Assembly (NCBI GenBank): GCA_035519195.1
Contig: DATIWU010000089.1
Location: 3,649 to 67,648 of the forward strand
Direction: 5' to 3'
Origin: Gemmatimonadales bacterium
GTDB lineage: Bacteria > Gemmatimonadota > Gemmatimonadetes > Gemmatimonadales > GWC2-71-9
Length of the DNA: 64,000 nucleotides
Part shown: positions 47,103 through 54,950 of the stretch, piece by piece
Numbering within the stretch: the first letter of the stretch is position 1
Layout of the letters: every line of letters begins with the position of its first letter
Made by a program: the position numbers and the translations under genes
Notes under the pieces: generated by a model
Seen by the model: only the letters and a program-made list of their open reading frames with translations
Told to the model about the DNA's origin: nothing
Databases searched by the model: none

Positions 47103-49244
47103 TCAGGCTGACGCTGATACGTCCCGACCCCCGCGCAATTCGGCGACCGCGCGCGCGAGTTCCTGCGTTGCGAGAATGAACTCGGCTGCCGCATGCCGCA
47201 GCGCCTGGACCGCTTCGGTTTGCTGCGCCGCGCTCGCCGCGGAGGCGTCTGCTTCTCGGGCGGGCACCAGGGCGGCTTCCTTCTGTTGCTCGAGCGAAAC
47301 CGACAGGCGACCCGAAAGCTCCGCGATACCCTGAGCCAGCTCGGCCACCCGGCGCCCCGCGCGCCCGGAACCGGTGGCGGCCTCGGCGATGGCGTCCAGG
47401 TCCTTCACCCAGTTCGCCGAACCCTGCACGACCTGCACCAGGTCGACTCGCATTTGCTCGAGCACCTGCACGGCGCGTTCGAGGGCTCGCCGGGTCTCCT
47501 GCGCTGATTTGCCGATATTGCGAGCCTCCCGCCCGCTTTGCTCGGCAAGCTTGTGCACCTCTTCAGCCACCACGGCGAACCCCCGTCCGTGCACGCCCGC
47601 ACGGGCTGATTCGATCGTGGCATTCAGCGCCAGCAGGTTCGTCTGATTGGCGACGAACCCGATCGTCTCGGAAAACCGCTCGACCTGCTCCGCCACGTCG
47701 CGCAGCCGCCGTACTTCGGCCGCGCTCTCCTCCGCGGCCGCGCCGAGACTGACGAGCTGGCGCACGGCTTCCTGGGTCTCCACCCGCACCTTGGCGGCGG
47801 TTTCCTCCATGCGGGTCCCGGCATCCCGGGTCGCCCCGCCAGCAGCATTGACTTCCCCAGCACTTTCTTTCAGTGATCCAGCTTCCCGAAGTGCTGCGGA
47901 AAGCGATCCGGTAGAGTGGCTAGCCCCCTGCCGGGATCGTTGGGCGGCCATACCCCCTTGCTGGAGCATGACTTCGACGCGCTCGAGCGCCGCACCAAAC
48001 CGACTGCCCGCGCCCGTGCTGCGCTCGGCGGCCACGCCCAGGACACGCATTGATCCCTCGAATGCGATCAGCCGCGCGATCGGGCTGGCCAGCAGCTCCA
48101 GCATACGAGCATCGAGCTCTCCGTACGTCCCGGCGTCCGACCGCCGGACGCTCCACATGCCGACGAGCTGTCCGCCATGGAAAAGCGGCACCACGACTTC
48201 CACGCCGGGCTGCCCATCTTCACTGGCGTCCGAAGGCGCGGCACGCGACACGACCGGTTGATGCAGTCGTACCGCTTCCGCTCCGGCGCCCGTGGTTATA
48301 TCGAGATTCGCGTCTGTGAGGCCTGCTGTATGGGCGACTACCGCGATGCGATCGTCGTGAGGTTCGTAGCGGCCAATCGCCATTTCATCGCACGATAGGA
48401 ACCGACGGGCCAGGTCCTCGACCTGTGGAAAGCCCTCCGTCAGAGTGGGGGAGGCGCTGAGCGTTTCGTCGAAGGCGCGCGCCAGGTCCTGGACGAGCGA
48501 CCGCGCCGCTCCTCGGATCAGGAACAAGGCGACCGCGGTTGCGGCGATAAGCAGGGCCAGGGGAGCGAGAACAACCGGAAAGTCGAGTCTGGCGTGCACC
48601 AGCCAGAGCCAGGGCAGCGCCAGGAACGCCGCGACCCCGTTCACCACCGCGGCCCAGCGGGCACTGTCCCCCTTGCGCTTGATGCCGGGATCCACGGCCG
48701 CGAGCAACGCGGCAATCGCCGTGAAGATCGCGATCGTCCCCGTGAGCGCGAGCGTGTTGCTTGGTGAGAGCGCCCCCGCCCCGTTTTCTCCACCCCACCA
48801 CTCATAACAAGCTCCGGCGAGCCCAACGCCGATCGTAAACCTCGACACATCCATCCCTGCCGCCCGCCAACCGCTTTTCCGCAATCCCAGATCCGTCAAC
48901 CCGGCCCCGAGTGCTCCTACGAACGCGGCGATGGGCCACCCCAGCTCGAACAATCCCAGTAAAGCCACTCCTCCAAGAAACGAGAGGTATTCCCCGCCTG
49001 GGAGCGCCACACCGGCGCGATGGATAAGGGCTCCGACGAACACAAGTCCGAGCATTTCTTCCAGAGCGACGAATGGGGTCTCGCTGGAAACGAGCATGAC
49101 GGCGGCAACGATCAGAATGCCGATCGCGGCCGCCGTGCTTACGGTCCGAACGGCGGTGGCGACCCGGTGGGACGGGGAAGATGCGGTTGAGCTTGGAGGG
49201 TGTTGGATGCGCCGCAAAGTTGGAGATGTGGCGCGGTGTGTCAA
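47103..49244 (-). CDS. Methyl-accepting chemotaxis-type sensor with polytopic membrane N-terminus and GAF-like domain
   Basis: The MCP signalling hairpin [31 protein letters not shown] is present, with multiple N-terminal hydrophobic helices. The start is uncertain (TTG 49244, TTG 49217 or later) because the first ~15 codons have low GC3. Confidence 0.8.
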   Translation of the reverse strand: MTHRATSPTLRRIQHPPSSTASSPSHRVATAVRTVSTAAAIGILIVAAVMLVSSETPFVALEEMLGLVFVGALIHRAGVALPGGEYLSFLGGVALLGLFELGWPIAAFVGALGAGLTDLGLRKSGWRAAGMDVSRFTIGVGLAGACYEWWGGENGAGALSPSNTLALTGTIAIFTAIAALLAAVDPGIKRKGDSARWAAVVNGVAAFLALPWLWLVHARLDFPVVLAPLALLIAATAVALFLIRGAARSLVQDLARAFDETLSASPTLTEGFPQVEDLARRFLSCDEMAIGRYEPHDDRIAVVAHTAGLTDANLDITTGAGAEAVRLHQPVVSRAAPSDASEDGQPGVEVVVPLFHGGQLVGMWSVRRSDAGTYGELDARMLELLASPIARLIAFEGSMRVLGVAAERSTGAGSRFGAALERVEVMLQQGGMAAQRSRQGASHSTGSLSAALREAGSLKESAGEVNAAGGATRDAGTRMEETAAKVRVETQEAVRQLVSLGAAAEESAAEVRRLRDVAEQVERFSETIGFVANQTNLLALNATIESARAGVHGRGFAVVAEEVHKLAEQSGREARNIGKSAQETRRALERAVQVLEQMRVDLVQVVQGSANWVKDLDAIAEAATGSGRAGRRVAELAQGIAELSGRLSVSLEQQKEAALVPAREADASAASAAQQTEAVQALRHAAAEFILATQELARAVAELRGGRDVSASA

Positions 49245-49263
49245 GCTCAGCTATCCTAAGTAC

Positions 49264-49500
49264 ATGCGCGTGACCATAGAATATTGCGTCGTCTGAAATT
49301 ACGAACCACGAGCTGCCGGTCTGGCGGCCGAAATTCGCAAGGCCTTTCCGCAGGCCGAGGTGAAGCTGATCCAGTCCTCCGGGGGGGTGTTCGAGGTCGA
49401 AGTGGACGGCCGTAAGGTATTCTCCAAGCGCGCCTTGGGGCGCCATGCCCAGAGCGGTGAAGTGCTGAAAGCCATCGAGCGGCTTGAGCCAAACCGCTAG
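49264..49500 (+). CDS. SelW/SelT/Rdx-family thioredoxin-like protein with in-frame TGA (putative selenocysteine, CVVU) at 49294-49296
   Basis: MRVTIEYCVV-TGA-NYEPRAAGLAAEIRKAFPQAEVKLIQSSGGVFEVEVDGRKVFSKRALGRH... The frame continues to TAG 49498-49500. The family motifs IEYCxxC/U and GGxFEVxVDG are present. Confidence 0.7.
49309..49330 (+). promoter_or_regulatory. SECIS-like hairpin downstream of the in-frame TGA
   Basis: CG(A)GCUGCC-GGUCU-GGCGGCCG: 8 bp including one G.U pair and one bulged A. The apical loop is GGUCU. The stem begins 12 nt after the UGA. Confidence 0.55.
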
Positions 49501-49539
49501 CACCGCATTCGGGGGCCCCTGAAGCCTCCCCGACAAGAC

Positions 49540-52098
49540 GTGCACCTCTCTCGCGACCACTCTCTCCCGCCTGATCCACAAGCGTTTCTGGCCGCCGAGC
49601 CGCCGACCGGGCGTGTCGTCGTTATTGCCCCGACCCGCGCGGCGTGTGAGACGATCGAGCTCGCTCTCGGACTCCGCATCGAGACACTGCTGGCGCGTGA
49701 GCACGGCGCCGACATTCGCCGTCTCGCGCAGTCGGGGCGGGGGTTTGGGATCGTCGCCGGAACAGGAACAGGCAAGACGCTCGCGATCCGGTCGATGGCT
49801 GAAACCATCCTCGCCGCCAATCTGCGGGTGGGGGTCGTGAACCGGGAACGCGAGGCAACGCCGGAGACGCCGACCTGGAACGTCGTGATCGTGACGACCG
49901 GGATCGCGCGCCGCTGGTTCGAGGATGGCCTGATTACCGCGCGCGACACGCTGGTGGTGGACGAGATCCACCAGACGTCAGCCGAGCTGGAGCTGTGTCT
50001 TGCTCTCGGGAAGCGAGCCCGGTGTCGCTTCATCTGGTTGTCCGCTACGGTCGACCCTCGGTTCTATGCGGCGTATCTGAACTCCGCGGAGGTCCTCGAG
50101 ACCCGCGCCTTCGATCCGGCGAAGGCCGCGGAGGTACGGGTGCTCCCGGTGCGGCCGCTCGATTTCCTCGACGAGCGCTTCATTCGCCGCGTAATCAGAG
50201 AACGTCGCGGTGTGGCCGTATTCGTCCCAACCCGGGCCGAGGTGGAGCAAATCGCGGGAGAGTTGGGTGACCGCTGGCAGGCCTTGTCGACGGCCTTCTA
50301 CCACGGTGGCGAGCCGATCCGAGTCATTCGGCCGTTCCTCGATGGCTCGGTAGCGCGACCGTTTCTCCTCGCGATGACGGCGGCGGGCCAATCCGCGCTC
50401 AACATCCATGGCCTGGATACGGTCGTCATCTACGATGCGCGGTACACCAACGTCGTGGAGCGGGGCAGGAACGTTCTCACGCGCCTGTACCTCGGGTCGA
50501 ACGAAATCCTTCAAATGGCCGGTCGGGTTCACGGGCGCGTGGCGAGCGGCCAGGTCTTCATCCTGACGGATCGGGACTTGGTCTTCGATGAGCTTCGCCC
50601 CGCTCCTCCCGAATTCCAACTCGCGGGTGATGCGGAGCGCGTGGCGATCACCTGCGCGGCACTAGGGGTGGACGCTCAGGATCTCGACCTGCCGGTCCCG
50701 CTCGATCGCAGGGCATACCGGGATGCGGTCACCCTGCTCTCCGAGCGCGGGCTGGTCGAGCACGGACACCTCACTGCGTACGGGCGTGAAGTAGAAGCGA
50801 TGCCGGTCGAGCGCCCCTTCGGGGAGCTGCTCTACCATGCGGACGCTCAATTGTTGCCCGTTGTCGCCGTGTGTGCCAACATCGATTCGCTGCACCGGAT
50901 GACGCGCGACGAGCGGAATCTCGCCGGGCTCGTCGTATCTGGAAGCGACCATCTGACGAGCTACAACATTTATGCGGAGGCGGTGAACAAGCACGGATAC
51001 CTGGGCGAGGTGTACGGACTGCCCCGTCACCTCTTCCACGATACGATCGACCGCTGGGCGGAGGGGCGCGGCGTGTTGGTGAAGGTGATCGAGGACGTGG
51101 CCCTGGGAATGGCTTCCGTGTATCGCCAACTGGAACAGCCGCTGCCGGAACGGCTGCCCTACGCGGAGCAGGCGCTGCTCGCCCGTTTCGCCGATCTCCT
51201 GGCGCGCATCATGCCACTCGATCTCGTCATCGACGAACAAACGGCGGACGGGCGCGAAGCCCGCGTGAGCCGCGGGTCGGTGAGCGGCAGCTGGGGTGCC
51301 GTCGCGGGTGCGCTGCGGTACTTCGCGGATCGGTTTGGCGTGCCGCGGGCGAGCATTGAAGGGACGCAGATCCCTGAGCGTCTCATTCGACACTACGCCC
51401 AGCGCGCGGCGCCGGACGTGAAGTTTGAACGCAACCGCCGTCACGCAGGACTCGTCGTGGTTCGTGCGGTCAGATACTTCGGCTTCCTGCTGGACCACGA
51501 AGCCGAGCCGCTACCGGACCCTTTCCCACCGGAGCTTGCCGCGGCGGCGCGGCGGGCGCTCGTGAATGCGGTCATCGCGGGAGCGACCCCTCACCCCGAC
51601 CAGTCACGCGTGAAGCGCACGCTCGATCGAATAGAGTTCTACTGGCGCCGTTCGGGCGGCCGGCTTGCCAACCTCGCGCCCGACCAGATCAGCGCGCTGC
51701 TCCTGCTCCAGCTCGAGCAGGTGCGCTCCTGGGACGAGTTTCTTGAGACACGACTCACGCTCGATATCGATGCCCTGCTGCCCGGCCCGGCGCGGGCTGA
51801 TCTGGACCGGCTGCCAGCGTCGATTCACCTGCATGGTGACCGGATTCCGCTCGAATACGGTGTAGAACCAGCTGGCGGGGTCGTGCGATTACGGCTCAAG
51901 GAGGGGCAGGCGAGACGCTTGCGTGCAACGGACTTGCCGGCGTTTGACAGGCCTGTTCGCTTCACGGTCTTACGGGGTAAGCGCGAAACGGTGCGGGCCG
52001 AGACCCTGGCCGACCTGGAGCGACAGTTGCGGGGCCTCCCGAAGGGCGATCGCCAGCGTCTGGCCCGCGGCGGACGCCGGCGGCGACGCCACCGGTAG
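49540..52098 (+). CDS. DEAH/RHA-family ATP-dependent helicase (HrpA/HrpB-like)
   Basis: Motif I GTGTGKT, motif II VVDEIHQ, motif III LSAT and the HA2-like SDHLTSYNIY are present, with a long C-terminal extension ending in an Arg-rich tail. GTG start. Confidence 0.85.
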   Translation: MHLSRDHSLPPDPQAFLAAEPPTGRVVVIAPTRAACETIELALGLRIETLLAREHGADIRRLAQSGRGFGIVAGTGTGKTLAIRSMAETILAANLRVGVVNREREATPETPTWNVVIVTTGIARRWFEDGLITARDTLVVDEIHQTSAELELCLALGKRARCRFIWLSATVDPRFYAAYLNSAEVLETRAFDPAKAAEVRVLPVRPLDFLDERFIRRVIRERRGVAVFVPTRAEVEQIAGELGDRWQALSTAFYHGGEPIRVIRPFLDGSVARPFLLAMTAAGQSALNIHGLDTVVIYDARYTNVVERGRNVLTRLYLGSNEILQMAGRVHGRVASGQVFILTDRDLVFDELRPAPPEFQLAGDAERVAITCAALGVDAQDLDLPVPLDRRAYRDAVTLLSERGLVEHGHLTAYGREVEAMPVERPFGELLYHADAQLLPVVAVCANIDSLHRMTRDERNLAGLVVSGSDHLTSYNIYAEAVNKHGYLGEVYGLPRHLFHDTIDRWAEGRGVLVKVIEDVALGMASVYRQLEQPLPERLPYAEQALLARFADLLARIMPLDLVIDEQTADGREARVSRGSVSGSWGAVAGALRYFADRFGVPRASIEGTQIPERLIRHYAQRAAPDVKFERNRRHAGLVVVRAVRYFGFLLDHEAEPLPDPFPPELAAAARRALVNAVIAGATPHPDQSRVKRTLDRIEFYWRRSGGRLANLAPDQISALLLLQLEQVRSWDEFLETRLTLDIDALLPGPARADLDRLPASIHLHGDRIPLEYGVEPAGGVVRLRLKEGQARRLRATDLPAFDRPVRFTVLRGKRETVRAETLADLERQLRGLPKGDRQRLARGGRRRRRHR

Positions 52099-52187
52099 AT
52101 GTGACCGGATTCCTTGCGCCGGGTCCTTTATTTATAGAGCCGGTTCGACTTGAAACCGGGCACCGCGTTTCACATCGAGCACCATAG

Positions 52188-52664
52188 ATGCGTATGACAA
52201 ATAAAGAAAAGACTCCGACTGTGCCAACTACTCTTTCGTTCACGCCACTCGGCCAGGCCCTGATGGAATCATTCAGTGATGGGGTGGCCGTCTTTGACCC
52301 CTACGGGCGCCTGCTCTACGCAAACGAGCACGCCCGGCGCATGGCTGGGATCGAGGCGGATTTCGCCAACCAGCGGGCCGATACCCTCCGGCCACGCTTG
52401 CTCGCCCTGGGGGGCCGCCCCTCGCCGCTCCGCTCCGGGGGGACGAGTCTCGGGGAGGCCGTGTTCCTGCCCCGGGGGGATCAGGCGCGGACGTTGGCCG
52501 ACCGAGAACGCCAGGCAATTGTCGAGACATTGCACGGCACGAGCGGGAAGCTCGCCGAAACGGCCCGGCGGCTGGGGATCAGCCGAACCACCCTGTGGAG
52601 GCGGCTCAAGGCGTATGGGCTGAAGCCCGAAAATGGTGGCAGCGGGGCGGCAGGCGGAAACTAG
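52188..52664 (+). CDS. Small PAS-like + Fis-type HTH (HTH_8) DNA-binding protein, no AAA+ domain
   Basis: The C-terminus ERQAIVETLHGTSGKLAETARRLGISRTTLWRRLKAYGL matches the NtrC/Fis HTH. The N-terminus DGVAVFDPYGRLLYANEHARRMAGI is PAS-like. The start could instead be ATG 52264. Confidence 0.7.
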   Translation: MRMTNKEKTPTVPTTLSFTPLGQALMESFSDGVAVFDPYGRLLYANEHARRMAGIEADFANQRADTLRPRLLALGGRPSPLRSGGTSLGEAVFLPRGDQARTLADRERQAIVETLHGTSGKLAETARRLGISRTTLWRRLKAYGLKPENGGSGAAGGN

Positions 52665-52743
52665 GATGGGGCGGGGCTGAAAAATCCTGGCGTCAGAGAC
52701 CACGCGATCCTAGCTTCTCCGGCTCCTGCTACCGGCGGGAGCG

Positions 52744-53205
52744 ATGGCCGCAAAGCCCTACATCATAGATGAGTACGTCCGCTGGTCCGATATCGACTTC
52801 GCGGGAATAATCTGCTACGGCGCGTACCTGCGTTTCTTCGAAATCGCGGAAACCGAGCTGTTCCGCGCCGCGGGACTCGCGTTTCGTAACGTCTTCGATC
52901 GCTACAACGTGTGGTTTCCCCGCGCGGCCATTCATAGTGAGTTCTACCGGCCGGCGCGACTGGACGACCGGCTTCGCGTCGCCGCATACGTGAGCCGCGT
53001 CGGCAAGAAATCCCTCACGCTGAATTTCGACGTCATCCGCGGCGACCCTGTGGGGCTTGGAGCAGCGGGCTATCAGGTGCTCGTTTGCGTCGAGCGGCCG
53101 ACCCTCCAGTCGCGGGTTATCCCGCCCGAAGTCGTGCGCGCACTCGTTCCCTTCACGCTTTCCGTCGATGATGCCCGGAGCCAATTGGGAGTGCCGAAAC
53201 CCTGA
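52744..53205 (+). CDS. Acyl-CoA thioesterase (4HBT/YbgC-like hotdog fold)
   Basis: YVRWSDIDFAGIICYGAYLRFFEIAETELFR is the typical hotdog thioesterase N-terminus with a catalytic Asp. Confidence 0.8.
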   Translation: MAAKPYIIDEYVRWSDIDFAGIICYGAYLRFFEIAETELFRAAGLAFRNVFDRYNVWFPRAAIHSEFYRPARLDDRLRVAAYVSRVGKKSLTLNFDVIRGDPVGLGAAGYQVLVCVERPTLQSRVIPPEVVRALVPFTLSVDDARSQLGVPKP

Positions 53206-53714
53206 AGCTCGCGTGTCTCGCGCTCGCGTGCCTCGTCGTCGGGCTGGCCTGCGCCCGGAGGCCGGGGGCCGCCCGCGCCAAAGCGGGGACGGTGTGGATC
53301 CAGCTGCACTGGCCGCCGCACGACAGCGCGGAGCTCGTTGTTCCCGCTTCGGCACATCCGTGTCGGCGCGCTCTTGGCCTCATGCTCGCCGGCGTGAACG
53401 GTGGCGACGGCGTGTTGATCTGGCTCCGGAACCCCGGCGCCGCGATTGCGGGCGAGTATCCGATCCTGGCGCGCGGAGACAGCACAACACCCCGCGGCGC
53501 CGCGATGTCGGTGCGCTTCATGGTGGGTGAAATCGCGCGTGGCTTCGGCGTGGACAGCGGGCTCGTGCAGATCACGACGGCTGGCGCGCGCATCAGCGCC
53601 ACGGTTCGGGGGAGCGGGGTCGACTACTCGGCCGGCCAGCGGGTGAGTCTCGCGGGATCCGTGGTATCGCTGCCGAGCTCAGGTGACAGCGTGAGTTGCA
53701 GGGTACAACTCTAG
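53202..53714 (+). CDS. Hypothetical exported/lipoprotein-like protein (start proposed at the CTG of a CTGA junction; the track start GTG 53292 would delete the signal peptide)
   Basis: The frame is open from 53172. (M)KLACLALACLVVGLACARRP... is a classical signal-peptide-like N-terminus. There is no ATG, GTG or TTG between 53172 and 53292. Confidence 0.55.
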   Translation: MKLACLALACLVVGLACARRPGAARAKAGTVWIQLHWPPHDSAELVVPASAHPCRRALGLMLAGVNGGDGVLIWLRNPGAAIAGEYPILARGDSTTPRGAAMSVRFMVGEIARGFGVDSGLVQITTAGARISATVRGSGVDYSAGQRVSLAGSVVSLPSSGDSVSCRVQL

Positions 53715-53726
53715 GAACCTGCTAGA

Positions 53727-54941
53727 TTGGACGACGTGGGACAGACCTATTTTCGCCGCGGATTCGGCCTCAAAGGGGCCATCGAAGGAGCCCTGGCGGC
53801 CGATTATCACAGCCGCCTCGTCGACGTTATTCGGAAACAGGACTATGCGCTCCGCACGGGCTCGCTCACCTTCCGCCTGGCGCGTGAGTTCGGCTTTTGC
53901 TATGGCGTCGACCGAGCGGTCGAGTACGCCTACGAGACGCGCACAAAATTTCCCGACCGGCGCATTTTCCTGGTCGGCGAAATCATCCACAACCCGCACG
54001 TGAACGCGAAGCTCCGTGACATGGGGGTCGCGTGCCTGCACCGCCCCGATGGTGGTGAGTTCGACTTCACCGGCGTCGGTTCCGAGGACGTGGTGATTCT
54101 CCCGGCGTTCGGAGTCACGGTCCGAGACTTCGAACGACTGCGAGCCATTGGATGTGTGCTCGTGGACACAACCTGTGGGTCGGTCCTGAACGTGTGGAAG
54201 CGTGTGGACAGCTATGCGAAGGACGGTTTCACCGCGCTGATCCATGGGAAGTACTACCACGAGGAGACCAAGGCGACGGCGAGCCAGGTGACGAAGTATG
54301 CTGGAGGTCGCTATCTCGTGGTTCGCGATGTCGGTGAAGCCGAGGAGGTGTGCCGCCATATCGAAGCCGGCGGCGACGACGCCGACCTGCTGCGTCGATT
54401 CGCCGGAAAGCTTTCCCCCGCGTTCGACCCGGCACGCGATCTCGTGCGCATCGGCGTGGCGAATCAGACGACGATGCTGTCCAATGAGTCACTCGCGATT
54501 GCCGCGCGGGTGCGCGAGAGCATGATGCGGCGGTACGGCGAATCCGCCCTGAACGAGCACTTCCGTAATTTCGACACGATCTGCTCGGCAACCCAGGACC
54601 GGCAGGACGCGGTGCTCGCGCTGATCGCGGACTCGCTCGATCTGATGGTGGTCATCGGCGGGTACAATTCGAGCAACACGACTCACCTTGCGGCGATCTG
54701 CCAGCAGCGCGTGCCGACGTTTCACATCGAAGATGCGACGTGCATCGACCCGGACACAGCCACGATCCGCTACCGGCCGGTCGGGTCGGGCCGGGAGGAG
54801 CGGCGGTCGGGCTGGATTCCGGACGGGCCGGTCTCGATCGGGCTTACGGCCGGCGCGTCGACGCCAAACAACAAGGTCGGCGAGACGATCGAACGGATCG
54901 TCGCCACGCGAGGCGAGTCGCTCGAGGGCGCCGTCGGTTAG
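53727..54941 (+). CDS. ispH: 4-hydroxy-3-methylbut-2-enyl diphosphate reductase (long form)
   Basis: The three Cys contexts FGFCYGVDRAV, VDTTCGSV and DTICSATQDRQ plus GGYNSSNTTHL are present. TTG start. Confidence 0.9.
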   Translation: MDDVGQTYFRRGFGLKGAIEGALAADYHSRLVDVIRKQDYALRTGSLTFRLAREFGFCYGVDRAVEYAYETRTKFPDRRIFLVGEIIHNPHVNAKLRDMGVACLHRPDGGEFDFTGVGSEDVVILPAFGVTVRDFERLRAIGCVLVDTTCGSVLNVWKRVDSYAKDGFTALIHGKYYHEETKATASQVTKYAGGRYLVVRDVGEAEEVCRHIEAGGDDADLLRRFAGKLSPAFDPARDLVRIGVANQTTMLSNESLAIAARVRESMMRRYGESALNEHFRNFDTICSATQDRQDAVLALIADSLDLMVVIGGYNSSNTTHLAAICQQRVPTFHIEDATCIDPDTATIRYRPVGSGREERRSGWIPDGPVSIGLTAGASTPNNKVGETIERIVATRGESLEGAVG

Positions 54942-54950
54942 ATTCCGTTC

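Noticed and set aside
52148-52165. GGGCACCGCGTTTCAC upstream of the Fis-type HTH gene, superficially sigma-54-like.
   Set aside because: The -12 position reads CA instead of GC at the required spacing, so it fails the core GG-N10-GC rule.
52138-52165. GCCGGTTCGACTTGAAACCGGGC, a T-arm-like GGTTCGA sequence. It was checked as a possible tRNA fragment.
   Set aside because: No acceptor, D or anticodon arms can be built around it. It is just a 4-5 bp hairpin in a promoter region.
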